NCBI GenBank assembly: GCA_001829315.1
Contig: MIAY01000001.1
Span: 136,927-200,926, forward strand
DNA from: Spirochaetes bacterium GWE1_32_154
Lineage (GTDB): Bacteria; Spirochaetota; GWE2-31-10
Direction of reading: 5' to 3'
DNA length: 64,000 bases
Under the pieces are notes generated by a model, which made no database searches, was not told the DNA's origin, and saw nothing but the letters and a program-made list of their open reading frames with translations. This document shows positions 27,250-37,450 of this stretch, one piece after another. The translations under genes were made by a program, and so were the position numbers. Each line of letters starts with the position of its first letter. Position 1 is the first letter of the stretch.

Positions 27250-28542
27250 ATGTATTGGGAAAAAGATATTGAAACACTTGGACGTGACAGTCTGAATAAA
27301 TTGATAATTGACCGATTTAATCATGCGTTAGAAAGAGCATCTAAATCTTTATTTTATACAAAACGATTAAATGAAGTTGCTATAAAACCGGGTAATATTA
27401 AAAATTTTAAAGATATATCAAATATTCCTTTTACAACAAAACAGGATTTACGAGATAATTTTCCTTATGGTTTATTAACCATGCCCCTTGATAATGTGAT
27501 AAGAATGCATTCATCTTCCGGCACAACAGGTAATCCCACAGTTATTTTTCACAATCAAAATGATATAAATCAATGGAGTAATTTACTCGCCCGGTCTTTA
27601 TATATGGCCGGTGTACGAAAAAGTGATATTTTCCAGAATATTATGGGATATGGTTTATTTACAGGCGGATTAGGTTTTCATTATGGTGCTGAAAAACTTG
27701 GTTCATTAGTGATTCCAATTGCAACGGGTAATAGTGACAGACAGCTCTGGTTTATGAAAGAGTTCAAAACAACCGTTGTTCACTTTTTACCAAGTTATGC
27801 ATTACGACTTCATATGCACTTTAACGATCAAAATATAAAGCCGGAAGATTTACATTTAAAAATTGCCTGTATTGGTGCAGAACCGCATACTGAGGAAACA
27901 CGAAAAAAAATTGAAGAACTATATAAAATTATGGCATACAATTCGTATGGACTTTCAGAAATGAATGGTCCGGGCGTTGCTTTTGAATGTGAATATCAAA
28001 ACGGCATGCACTTATGGGAAGATAATTATTACATGGAAATTATAAACCCTGATACAGGAGAGGTTTTACCTGATGGTGAAGAAGGTGAACTTGTTTTAAC
28101 AACACTTATGCGGGAAGCAATGCCAATATTACGATACAGAACCAGAGATCTTACCCGAATAATAAGTGAACCTTGTAAATGTGGAAGAACACATCGTAGA
28201 ATTGACAGAATAAAAGGCAGAACAGATGATATGCTTATTATCAATGGTGTTAATATATTCCCGATGCAAATAGAAAAAAAACTTATGTCAATTAGTGAAG
28301 TTGGTCACAACTATTTAATTGAAATAAGAAAAGACAATTTCCTTGATAAAATATCTATTACGGTTGAAATTTCTAATGAACACTTTAAACCAAACGAAAA
28401 CCAGTCTCTGCACCATAAAATTACAGAGTTGCTCAAAAATGAAATTGGTGTTAATCCGATTGTAAATCTTGTAGCATCAGGTTCATTACCGGAATTTCAA
28501 GGAAAAGCAGATAGAGTAAAAGACTTAAGACTGATTAACTAA
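27250..28542 (+). CDS. Phenylacetate-CoA ligase (PaaK)/coenzyme F390 synthetase-family adenylate-forming enzyme
   Basis: HSSSGTTGNPTV AMP-binding motif. The 430-aa length is typical of PaaK-like ligases. Confidence 0.7.
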   Translation: MYWEKDIETLGRDSLNKLIIDRFNHALERASKSLFYTKRLNEVAIKPGNIKNFKDISNIPFTTKQDLRDNFPYGLLTMPLDNVIRMHSSSGTTGNPTVIFHNQNDINQWSNLLARSLYMAGVRKSDIFQNIMGYGLFTGGLGFHYGAEKLGSLVIPIATGNSDRQLWFMKEFKTTVVHFLPSYALRLHMHFNDQNIKPEDLHLKIACIGAEPHTEETRKKIEELYKIMAYNSYGLSEMNGPGVAFECEYQNGMHLWEDNYYMEIINPDTGEVLPDGEEGELVLTTLMREAMPILRYRTRDLTRIISEPCKCGRTHRRIDRIKGRTDDMLIINGVNIFPMQIEKKLMSISEVGHNYLIEIRKDNFLDKISITVEISNEHFKPNENQSLHHKITELLKNEIGVNPIVNLVASGSLPEFQGKADRVKDLRLIN

Positions 28543-30547
28543 TCATGTGATCTTTTAATTCAATATTTCTATACAAATTCTTTATTTCTATAAATTTATG
28601 CTGATTTTCAATAAAACATAAAACAATATCCGGATCAAAGTGTCCGACATCTTTATTAATGATAATATCTGCAGCTTCTACATGACTTAACGCTTTTCTA
28701 TAACATCGATCAGCGGTAAGAGCATCATAAACATCTGCTAATGCAGTTATCCGTGCTGATAATGGGATTTCCTCTCCCTTTAAACCTTTTGGATACCCGG
28801 TTCCATCATATTTTTCATGATGATAATAACAAATTTCTTTTGCCAGAGTTAAAAATGATTTAATACCTAACTCATGATCTGCATTAGATAAAGCATCACC
28901 ACCAATTATTGCATGACCTTTTATAATTTCATATTCTTCAGGTGTTAATTTACCCGGTTTTAGCAAAACTTTATTTTCTATACCTACTTTTCCAATATCA
29001 TGTAAAACACTGGAACTCGTTATATCTTCTATATATTTATCAGTAAGATAATTTGAATATTTACTATATTTTCTTAACTCGGTAACCAATATTCTTGTAT
29101 ATTCTCTAACCCTTTCCAAATGTCTGCCGGTAGATTCATCACGATATTCTGCAAGTCTTGCTAAAGCTGTAATTGCAACAAGTCTGGTAACTTTTAATTC
29201 CTCTTCTTCAGCTTCAATCTTTCCGTGATTCATTACCATATCTTTAATCATAATATTATAACTATCATACAAAGTTTGAATTTCATCATTTGTTTTTATT
29301 GAATTTATAATATTCAATTCACCTTTACCTGATTTAACCATTGCTTTAGCCAGCAAAATAATTGGTTTTGTAAAATGACCGCTTAACCATATACCAAGAA
29401 TAAAAATTAAAATAAACATAAAGAAAACGGCAATCCCAATATTCAATAAACTATTAAATATTGGTTTGTTAATATAACTAAGTGGTATAAAATATACTAA
29501 TTTTGCCCCGGTTTCCAATGAAAAAGATGTTACTAATAAATACTCAACGCCATTATCGTTAATTTTAACAAATTTTTCACTATAATTTGTACTATCACCT
29601 CTTCCCGAATATAACAACTTTCTATCAGCATCAAGTAATAATAATGCCTCTTTTACTTCTTCCTTTTTCAAAATTGATTGACGGGTATTTAATTTTTGAT
29701 AGTCATAAAAAGACATGTCAAATTCATTGTATACATCATCACCTTCCAGAACATATTTACCATTATCTTTATCATATTTATAGTAATCATTAAGAGACGG
29801 GTGTGTTTGAGTAATAACATTATTATTAATATCCAGTAAATATACCGTACCATGCTTAATTTGCGGATGATCAATTATATTTTTAATAAAATCATCATAT
29901 AAAATCGAAACCAATATTATATCGGGTTTATTAGTAGTTTTATGATTATAAGGATACAAAATAACTGAACGATTACTCACTTCGCTAAGCGTTTTTTTAC
30001 TAAGCGTACCATACACAGTGCCACCTTCTTCAACCATTCTTTTATACAAAGGTTCTTTTAGTAACTCATTATAATCAATTCTAAAACCACTATGATCATC
30101 AACCAGATAATGAACTTTATATCCTGTATCATTTGTTATAGAATATCGATTTGTTTCAATCACAGCAAATAAACCATTGATATTAGTATAAACATTCCAG
30201 ATCAGGCTATTAATTTGGGGTATATTAATATCTTCTCCCATTTCGGCAAGATAAAATCTTTCCTCAATTTTAGTTTTATATACCGGCCAATTTATAATTT
30301 TTTTAAAATTATCTGTTTTGGTTACATCTGAAATTTTAATTGAATAATCTAAAAATGTTGAATCAACATTTTTTGTAATCTGTTTTAAAATATTTGAATA
30401 ATATAAATACGCCTGCTCTTGAAGATGTTTTGTAAATTTAACATTCATATAGATTGATATATATAAAATTGGTATTAAAGAAAATGCCAAAACGAATAAT
30501 GTCAACTTTAACTTAATATTAAAATGTTTTCTTTTATTTTGTTTCAT
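28535..30547 (-). CDS. HD-GYP domain phosphodiesterase with N-terminal TM-flanked periplasmic sensor domain and HAMP-like linker
   Basis: HD motif (LHDIGKVGI) and GYP motif (HHEKYDGTGYP). An N-terminal TM, an extracytoplasmic domain of about 300 aa, then a second TM. Confidence 0.75.
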   Translation of the reverse strand: MKQNKRKHFNIKLKLTLFVLAFSLIPILYISIYMNVKFTKHLQEQAYLYYSNILKQITKNVDSTFLDYSIKISDVTKTDNFKKIINWPVYKTKIEERFYLAEMGEDINIPQINSLIWNVYTNINGLFAVIETNRYSITNDTGYKVHYLVDDHSGFRIDYNELLKEPLYKRMVEEGGTVYGTLSKKTLSEVSNRSVILYPYNHKTTNKPDIILVSILYDDFIKNIIDHPQIKHGTVYLLDINNNVITQTHPSLNDYYKYDKDNGKYVLEGDDVYNEFDMSFYDYQKLNTRQSILKKEEVKEALLLLDADRKLLYSGRGDSTNYSEKFVKINDNGVEYLLVTSFSLETGAKLVYFIPLSYINKPIFNSLLNIGIAVFFMFILIFILGIWLSGHFTKPIILLAKAMVKSGKGELNIINSIKTNDEIQTLYDSYNIMIKDMVMNHGKIEAEEEELKVTRLVAITALARLAEYRDESTGRHLERVREYTRILVTELRKYSKYSNYLTDKYIEDITSSSVLHDIGKVGIENKVLLKPGKLTPEEYEIIKGHAIIGGDALSNADHELGIKSFLTLAKEICYYHHEKYDGTGYPKGLKGEEIPLSARITALADVYDALTADRCYRKALSHVEAADIIINKDVGHFDPDIVLCFIENQHKFIEIKNLYRNIELKDHMIS

Positions 30548-30595
30548 ATTCCTTCATAGTATAATAAAATAGAGATTTTACAAGTAATATTTAAT

Positions 30596-31078
30596 TTATA
30601 GATTTTTTTTGATCTTATCAATAAATTTATCAACTCTTTTCAAATTTATTGAATCGAAATTTTTTAATTTAACCTTATGTATTAAACTAATACCGTACAC
30701 TAATAACTTCTCTACAAAACCTAATTTTTTCCAGTTAATTTTTCCACCTAAAACCATAGAAATTTTAATTGATGTCTGAATTTCTGAATTCAATTGTGAA
30801 AAAATATCATTTAAAATGAGTGGGTTATAACAACTAATGAAAAGAAATATTTTTTTATTTTTCAACGCATCGGCATTATTATTAAAAAAATTATTCACTG
30901 CCGGATGAAATTTAAATTTTTGTATAGCAGAACCAATTATAAAAAAATCGTATAAATCAATATCCTGAATATTAAAATTATGAACATTTTCACATTGTAG
31001 ACCTAAACTATTTGATATCAATTGTGCAAAATATTCAGTAGTTCCATGAAATGAACCATACAATACAATTCCATTCAT
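30596..31078 (-). CDS. Flavodoxin-like protein
   Basis: MNGIVLYGSFHGTTEYFAQLI is a flavodoxin N-terminal signature. The start was chosen at the internal ATG, which has a GGGAG RBS. Confidence 0.5.
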   Translation of the reverse strand: MNGIVLYGSFHGTTEYFAQLISNSLGLQCENVHNFNIQDIDLYDFFIIGSAIQKFKFHPAVNNFFNNNADALKNKKIFLFISCYNPLILNDIFSQLNSEIQTSIKISMVLGGKINWKKLGFVEKLLVYGISLIHKVKLKNFDSINLKRVDKFIDKIKKNL

Positions 31079-31214
31079 TTGACAGCTCCCATTAAAAAAC
31101 CCAATACAAATACCATAAAATGAGAAATCAATCAAATCTAATTTATTCCAATAAAAAACTTGATATTACAAACATTTGATATTATACTCACATTTGAAGT
31201 AAAAGGAAAAATAT

Positions 31215-31820
31215 ATGAAAAAAATACTACTATTACTAATTATTGCTCTTTCAACAAATATGTTCGCCTCAGAATTCAGTTCGATTATCCCCGGTATTTC
31301 TTTTGCTGCTGGTGGTCGATATGATGAGGTTAGAATGTGTGTTGCTTCTCCTGCAGGGTTTAAAGGTGGACCTGCTTTTGAATTTGCTGCATTTGTTTTA
31401 GAAGGACGAATTAATCAATACATAGGCCTTGGTTTTTACATCCCGATTGCACGTCCGGTTCTTTTTGCTGCTGCTTTTAAAATGTTGCAATTTATTCCCG
31501 AAGCTGTTATATCATTTCATATTCCCGTCAATGAGAAAACAGACTTTGCTACTGATATAGGTTTAGGTGCTTCCCTGCATTATGGTCCTGATTACAGATC
31601 AGGTAATAATCCCGGTGATTTTCATGGTGATTCCTTTTTTGCAGCAGGTCCCCGGGCAAGTATTTTTGCTGGATTTATATATTATCTTAATGATACAATT
31701 TCATTTAAAGCCGGTGTTCGACCATATTTTGAATATTTAATAGCAGAGCAAATCAATGGTAAGGTTATTGGTGCTGAATTAGATATACAATTACGATTTA
31801 TTTTAAAATCTAATAAATAA
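31215..31820 (+). CDS. Exported protein, possible small outer-membrane beta-barrel
   Basis: Signal peptide MKKILLLLIIALSTNMFA. The mature part has alternating hydrophobic/Gly-rich beta-strand-like segments. Confidence 0.35.
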   Translation: MKKILLLLIIALSTNMFASEFSSIIPGISFAAGGRYDEVRMCVASPAGFKGGPAFEFAAFVLEGRINQYIGLGFYIPIARPVLFAAAFKMLQFIPEAVISFHIPVNEKTDFATDIGLGASLHYGPDYRSGNNPGDFHGDSFFAAGPRASIFAGFIYYLNDTISFKAGVRPYFEYLIAEQINGKVIGAELDIQLRFILKSNK

Positions 31821-31832
31821 AAGGTTTATTTT

Positions 31833-32231
31833 ATGGAAGAAATTCATACCAGGGATTTTAAAGAAATTAATGATAATAATGAAAAAACTAATGAATATAT
31901 TATTAGGCATTTTTATAACGGTTATAAGAAAATACGCGTTAAATTTAATACTGATAAAATCCCTGTAAAAATGTGGTTTAATGATTTTCTTGATGCCAAT
32001 TTTGAAATTATAGTTGAACCGAAAAAGAAGGTAACAAAAAGATATCTTAAAATTCATGACATAGATGAAACCCGATTTAAAACAAGAAATCTAAAACAAG
32101 TTGATTTATTAGAGGCAAATTTAACGAATAAAGAACTTATTTTAGAACTTTTAAAAGAAATTAAACTCATTAATCCGTTACAGTTAAAACAATCTATTTA
32201 CTCTATTTTAAAAGACATGATAACGGATTAA
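31833..32231 (+). CDS. Hypothetical protein
   Basis: 132-aa ORF rich in charged residues. No family recognised. Confidence 0.3.
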   Translation: MEEIHTRDFKEINDNNEKTNEYIIRHFYNGYKKIRVKFNTDKIPVKMWFNDFLDANFEIIVEPKKKVTKRYLKIHDIDETRFKTRNLKQVDLLEANLTNKELILELLKEIKLINPLQLKQSIYSILKDMITD

Positions 32232-32267
32232 TCTGATATCATGTCTTTTAAGCCTCTTTAATACATA

Positions 32268-33269
32268 CTATATATCATTCATGGTAAAAGGTTCGCCTTC
32301 TTTTATATTTCGTTTTGCTTCTCTTCCACTAAAAATACCTATGTATTCCGGTGCTATTCCATTTCCCGGTCTTACAACAGCAATCATTTCTTTTGTTATT
32401 ATCGTGCCTTCAGAAATATTACATTTTGCAAATAAACTTCTTCTTGCACCTTTTGCTATCTCAATATCATATCTTTCATCAGGAACAATAAAACCACTAT
32501 CAATCTGATTTAATTTTTCCCGTAAATCTTTAAACATAGCCGGATCTAAAGAAATTTTCTGATCAGGTCCTTCCATATCCCTATCTAAAGTAAAATGTCT
32601 TTCAAAGACAACGGCGCCCTGAGTTCTTGCTGATAATGACATTGTATTATCAATACAATGATCTGACAATCCTATTAATAATTCAGGAAACATATTTTTT
32701 AATTTTGAAATCATACTAAGATTCATTTCGGCTGGCTTAGATGGGTATTTGGATATACAATGTAATAAAATTATATTTGTATTACCGATTTTATAAATTG
32801 AATTGACAGCCCGTTCAATTTCACCAAGACTTGACATACCAGTAGATACAATTAATGGTTTTCTTTTCATTGCAATATGTTCAATTAATTCATAATAATT
32901 TATATCCATTGAAGCGATTTTATAAACAGACACATTAATATCTTCAAGTAAATCAGCTGTTTCAAAACAAAACGGAGAAGCAAAAAAAGTAATACCAATT
33001 TCATCACAATATTTTTTTATAGCAATGAAATCTTCTTTTCGTAATTCAAGTTTTTTAAATATATCAAAAGCAGGCGATGATTTAATAAAAAGATTTTCTG
33101 TTTTAAATGCTTGAAATTTAACAGCATCAGCACCGGATTCTTTTGCCTTTTTTATCATTTCATAGGCTGTATCAATATTATTATTATGATTTAATCCTAT
33201 CTCCGCAATAAGATACGCTGGTGAATTACTTGATATTATTTTATTATCAATGCTTATCGTTTTATTCAT
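32268..33269 (-). CDS. N-acetylneuraminate synthase (NeuB/PseI/SpsE) family protein with C-terminal SAF domain
   Basis: NeuB-family TIM-barrel region (YLIAEIGLNHNN, VKFQ, CISKYP) and SAF-domain C-terminus. Confidence 0.65.
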   Translation of the reverse strand: MNKTISIDNKIISSNSPAYLIAEIGLNHNNNIDTAYEMIKKAKESGADAVKFQAFKTENLFIKSSPAFDIFKKLELRKEDFIAIKKYCDEIGITFFASPFCFETADLLEDINVSVYKIASMDINYYELIEHIAMKRKPLIVSTGMSSLGEIERAVNSIYKIGNTNIILLHCISKYPSKPAEMNLSMISKLKNMFPELLIGLSDHCIDNTMSLSARTQGAVVFERHFTLDRDMEGPDQKISLDPAMFKDLREKLNQIDSGFIVPDERYDIEIAKGARRSLFAKCNISEGTIITKEMIAVVRPGNGIAPEYIGIFSGREAKRNIKEGEPFTMNDI

Positions 33270-33412
33270 ACAATCTCCTCTGTCTATATATCGTATGATT
33301 AAATCATAAACTTGCTTGCTATGTATCAGATTATTTCCAAAACTATCATATATATCTTGATATAAAATCTGTTGTTTGATATTATGGCTTAAAATGAAAT
33401 CGGGAGTATAGT

Positions 33413-34021
33413 ATGATATTAGCGTGTCTTGACTTAGAAGGTGTATTAATACCTGAAATTTGGATTAGTGTTGCAGAAAAAACCGGAATAGAAGAATTAA
33501 AACTTACAACAAGAGACATTAGTGATTATGACAAACTCATGAAACACAGACTTTCTATTTTAGATAAACACAATATTGATATCAAACTTATTCAAGATGT
33601 AATAGGTACATTATCTCCATTACCGGGTGCTGATGTATTTTTAAATAAACTTCGGAAAAACTTTCAAATCGTCATTTTATCTGATACATTTTACCAATTT
33701 GCAATGCCACTTATGAAAAAACTTGGTTATCCTGCGCTTTTTTGCCATAATCTTATTATTAATGATTCAAATAAAATTGTAGACTATACCCTTCGTATGA
33801 AAGACCAGAAAAGAGAAGCTGTTAAAAGGTTTCATGAACTCAATTTCAAAGTTATTGCAGCAGGTGATAGTTATAATGACACTAATATGTTAAAAGAAGC
33901 AGATAAAGGTATTTTATTCTGCCCGCCTGAAAAAGTTATTAAAGAATTCCCTCAATTTCCGGTAACATTACATTATGATGCATTATTGGATGAGTTTCTT
34001 TCAGGCCAAAAAAGCATTTGA
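33413..34021 (+). CDS. thrH: ThrH-type HAD phosphatase (phosphoserine phosphatase/homoserine phosphotransferase-like)
   Basis: N-terminus ILACLDLEGVLIPEIW with the DxD-type HAD motif I. Motifs ILSDTF and AAGDSYNDTNML. The length and the motif string resemble ThrH as I remember it from Pseudomonas. Confidence 0.55.
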   Translation: MILACLDLEGVLIPEIWISVAEKTGIEELKLTTRDISDYDKLMKHRLSILDKHNIDIKLIQDVIGTLSPLPGADVFLNKLRKNFQIVILSDTFYQFAMPLMKKLGYPALFCHNLIINDSNKIVDYTLRMKDQKREAVKRFHELNFKVIAAGDSYNDTNMLKEADKGILFCPPEKVIKEFPQFPVTLHYDALLDEFLSGQKSI

Positions 34022-34995
34022 TCCCGTATAAAAACATAGATAGTTTTATTTATCATCGTCGTGATGTTTGGACTCAGTTTGAAACGCTAACGAACAAACG
34101 AAATTTAACATTCGATGAATCAATACAATTTGGAGAGTTCTATCAGCAAATCGTTGAAGATCTCTCCATTTCCCAAACCCATTTTGAAGACACAAAAATC
34201 CGTGCTTATTTAAACACATTGATTTTACGTGCCGGATGCAAAATGTACAAAAGAGACAAATCACCTTTTTCAAAAGTCTTATTCTTTTTTACAAACAAAC
34301 TTCCTGATTCTATTCACTTTTTTTTTCATGAGTTTCTTTTCAGTATACTGCTGTTTTTAATAATTGTAATAATTGGTTTTAGTATCATTTCAAAAACTCC
34401 GGAATATGCAGAATTACTACTTTCAGGTGCGATGTATGATCAGGCAATGATTGATTTAGAAAACCTGTCATCTTTTAAAAATTTTGATTCTATTCCATCT
34501 GATCAGCGATCACAAATGTCATTATATATCTGGTTAAATAATACAAAAGTATCGCTTCTTGCTTTTGTTTTGGGCATAACTGCCGGTGTTGGAACAATTT
34601 TTATACTATGTTTTAATTCCATGATGATTACCGGACTTGCTGTAATTTATTATTTAAACGGTCATTTTCTTGATTTTTTTTCAACTATAATGATTCATGG
34701 TTCATTAGAACTACCGGCTATTTTTCTTGCTTCAGCATCCGGGCTTTCTATTGGTAAAGCGATGATATTTCCCGGTAAACAATCAAAAAGTGAAAACATA
34801 AAAAAAACTGTCAGCAAAGCATTTACGTTATTGATTGGAATAATAATTTTACTATTAATCGCAGCATTAATAGAAGGATTAATTACAACAAGAAAACCTG
34901 ATATTTCTATACGATTTATTATTGCTGCAATAAATATTTTATGTTTATTATCATATTTCGTTTATTCACTAAAAAACCGCTTAATTAAAAATTAA
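34018..34995 (+). CDS. DUF95 / stage II sporulation protein M-like membrane protein
   Basis: Cytoplasmic N-domain of about 100 aa followed by 5-6 TM helices, which is the typical DUF95 architecture. Low confidence without a search. Confidence 0.35.
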   Translation: MIPYKNIDSFIYHRRDVWTQFETLTNKRNLTFDESIQFGEFYQQIVEDLSISQTHFEDTKIRAYLNTLILRAGCKMYKRDKSPFSKVLFFFTNKLPDSIHFFFHEFLFSILLFLIIVIIGFSIISKTPEYAELLLSGAMYDQAMIDLENLSSFKNFDSIPSDQRSQMSLYIWLNNTKVSLLAFVLGITAGVGTIFILCFNSMMITGLAVIYYLNGHFLDFFSTIMIHGSLELPAIFLASASGLSIGKAMIFPGKQSKSENIKKTVSKAFTLLIGIIILLLIAALIEGLITTRKPDISIRFIIAAINILCLLSYFVYSLKNRLIKN

Positions 34996-35496
34996 ATCTA
35001 CTATTTCCAAGCCGAGATCTTTTAAAATTTGATTTTTTGAATTATTTTCTACTTGCTTATCAATGTTAATTATTTTTTTTCCTGATTTTAACAATTTCAT
35101 TTCACTTGTTGAATAAAGTAAATAGGGAATATCTGTTATTTTAAGATATAACTTACTTTTCTTCTCATACGTTTGATACGTTAATTTTACTAACAATAAA
35201 GAATCAGCTCCGGATGATTTTACTTCTTCCATATACGGTCTTATATCGAGACTTTCACCAAACAATGGTATTGATTTATCAATTTGCATATCAAAGAAAA
35301 TATACGGTGTTTCCCACATTGCAGTAAACAAACCATCTGAAAAAGGCGTTATTTCTTTGAAAGGTACAAACTCATTTTCAGTTTCTTCAACAACAAGTAA
35401 TATCGTAGAAATTGCATGTAATGAAAGCCGGGAATTGCAAAATAATAAAACAAATACTATTGGAATAAACAACCATTTTTTCATATAATTCTCCAT
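34981..35496 (-). CDS. Secreted hypothetical protein
   Basis: Signal peptide (MKKWLFIPIVFVLLFCNSRLSLHA). Confidence 0.35.
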   Translation of the reverse strand: MENYMKKWLFIPIVFVLLFCNSRLSLHAISTILLVVEETENEFVPFKEITPFSDGLFTAMWETPYIFFDMQIDKSIPLFGESLDIRPYMEEVKSSGADSLLLVKLTYQTYEKKSKLYLKITDIPYLLYSTSEMKLLKSGKKIINIDKQVENNSKNQILKDLGLEIVDLIFN

Positions 35497-35607
35497 AATT
35501 ATTAAATCGGATTATTACTGATTTCTATGAGCTTCTTTTTTCAAAAAAGTAATATTGATTATTTATATTTATTATTGTATTTTTTTAATGAATTTACCGG
35601 AGGGAAT

Positions 35608-36258
35608 ATGAAAATTTTCATACAATTATTTTTTATTTTTTTTATACATTCTACCTTGTTTTCTATAGATACTGTTTTTGATTCAATTCAATGGAATTTA
35701 GAAAGTTCAGTAAAAGACATATCGCTTTTTTTTAATACTGATGGAAAAGTTAGTTTTTTCAAAGCAGAAACGATTGTCGATGATTTAAAATCTGAAGAAG
35801 TGATTGCCTCCCTTATGGATTTTAAAAATTATTTTGAAATCTTTCCTAAAACATATTTCTTTAATCCTGTAAAAAAATATGATGATCATCGTTATATTGT
35901 TTATACTAAATTAGATTTTTTTCCATTAAAAAAACGTGATGCTTTTTTAGACATGAGTGTTAATTATCTGGATAAAGGTATTTTATTAAACTGGGAGCCT
36001 GCTAAAGAGTATGTATTTACTGATTTTGCTGAAGATTCTGTAAGAGCTGAAAGAATTTACGGTAGATGGTATGTTCAGGAACTTGAAGATTTAAAAGTCA
36101 AAATATCTGTTGAATACAGTAATGACTGGAAAGTAACAAATGTACCGAATTCAGTATTAGTTGCAATTCAGAAAACAACTACGGCTGATGCGTTACGAAA
36201 TCTTTTAAAATATGTTAAAAAAAATACAGGCAATATAATTATTAATCCTCAAGGATAA
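35608..36258 (+). CDS. Secreted hypothetical protein
   Basis: Start chosen at MKIFIQLFFIFFIHSTLFS, which has a GGAGGG RBS. Signal-peptide-like. Confidence 0.35.
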   Translation: MKIFIQLFFIFFIHSTLFSIDTVFDSIQWNLESSVKDISLFFNTDGKVSFFKAETIVDDLKSEEVIASLMDFKNYFEIFPKTYFFNPVKKYDDHRYIVYTKLDFFPLKKRDAFLDMSVNYLDKGILLNWEPAKEYVFTDFAEDSVRAERIYGRWYVQELEDLKVKISVEYSNDWKVTNVPNSVLVAIQKTTTADALRNLLKYVKKNTGNIIINPQG

Positions 36259-37402
36259 TTATCTCAACCCTTCTATTTTTCCTTTTATTTTCTTCAGTAT
36301 CATTGGACGCGATTGGTTCTAAAGCTCCTTTTCCGGTAAATAATAATTTATCCTGCCTGATTCCTTTCATTTGAAAATATTGGGCTATGGAGAGCGCTCT
36401 TTCCTCTGATAATTTTTTTTCAGCTTCAGGGTTCCCTGTATCTGCGGTGTGACCAACTACTAAAAACGATCTGTCTTTTATTTCATTCAAAGTAGTAAAA
36501 ACTGATTCAAGCAATGCTTTATCAGAATCTACAATTTCAGTGCTATCTGGTAAAAAATGTAAATTATTCAAAGTAATAGAAATACCTTTTTCTGATTCAT
36601 TTACAAACCCGTCTTCAGTTTTAATTTTAATTGTTGGCACTATTGTTTTTTTCTGTAACGATTGTATTCTATTATAAAAATACAAATAAAAACCTTTATA
36701 TTGAATAATATCACCATCATCTGATTGAATCTGATCTTCAAATCTATCATCCATATAAATCGGTCTGCCGGTTGTATTATCGAAAAACATTTTAACTATA
36801 TGTCGACCTTTGAAATCTTTATTTATTTCATCAGGTTTATAATCAATAAAAAATGATTGTTCAAATAAACTGTAATTTTCGCCATTTAAATTAGAGTCGC
36901 CTTTATATTGAGCATTAAAATTAATTGGTATATCAATACTCATTTTTTCATTATAAAGCGGTATATTAAAAAAACCGGAACCGGAATAAATATCATTAAT
37001 CTCTAATTCATTCTCCGGAAAAAAAGGAAAACCTTGAATTGGTGGAAACAAAGAACCTGACCTCTCAATAAGTGTACCATCTTTTGAAAAATACATTGTA
37101 GATTTTTCAATTGAATTAACCTGGTTTGGTAAAACCATACTGCCACGAATAGTTTTTTCAATAGTATATACATCTCCTGAAATCATATATTGATCATTAT
37201 CAATATTTTTAACTTTGAATATACCTTTTAATTCTCTACTTGTTAATCCAAAATACTTGGTATTCTTATATATTTTATAATTTGAACGAACAATAATTTT
37301 GAATAGGTCATCATTTTTAAAATCCAGCATAAATTTTTCAGATGTGTAGGCAAAAATATTTGAAATAATCATAAATAATAGTATATATTTTTTTGTTTTC
37401 AT
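36242..37402 (-). CDS. OmpA-family protein (C-terminal OmpA-like peptidoglycan-binding domain)
   Basis: C-terminus FLVVGHTADTGNPEAEKKLSEERALSIAQYF...NRRVEI is the OmpA_C signature. N-terminal signal peptide present. Confidence 0.7.
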   Translation of the reverse strand: MKTKKYILLFMIISNIFAYTSEKFMLDFKNDDLFKIIVRSNYKIYKNTKYFGLTSRELKGIFKVKNIDNDQYMISGDVYTIEKTIRGSMVLPNQVNSIEKSTMYFSKDGTLIERSGSLFPPIQGFPFFPENELEINDIYSGSGFFNIPLYNEKMSIDIPINFNAQYKGDSNLNGENYSLFEQSFFIDYKPDEINKDFKGRHIVKMFFDNTTGRPIYMDDRFEDQIQSDDGDIIQYKGFYLYFYNRIQSLQKKTIVPTIKIKTEDGFVNESEKGISITLNNLHFLPDSTEIVDSDKALLESVFTTLNEIKDRSFLVVGHTADTGNPEAEKKLSEERALSIAQYFQMKGIRQDKLLFTGKGALEPIASNDTEENKRKNRRVEIIILED

Positions 37403-37450
37403 TTTTATTATATCGGTTTTTATGATAATAAGTTTACATAGGATTCAACA

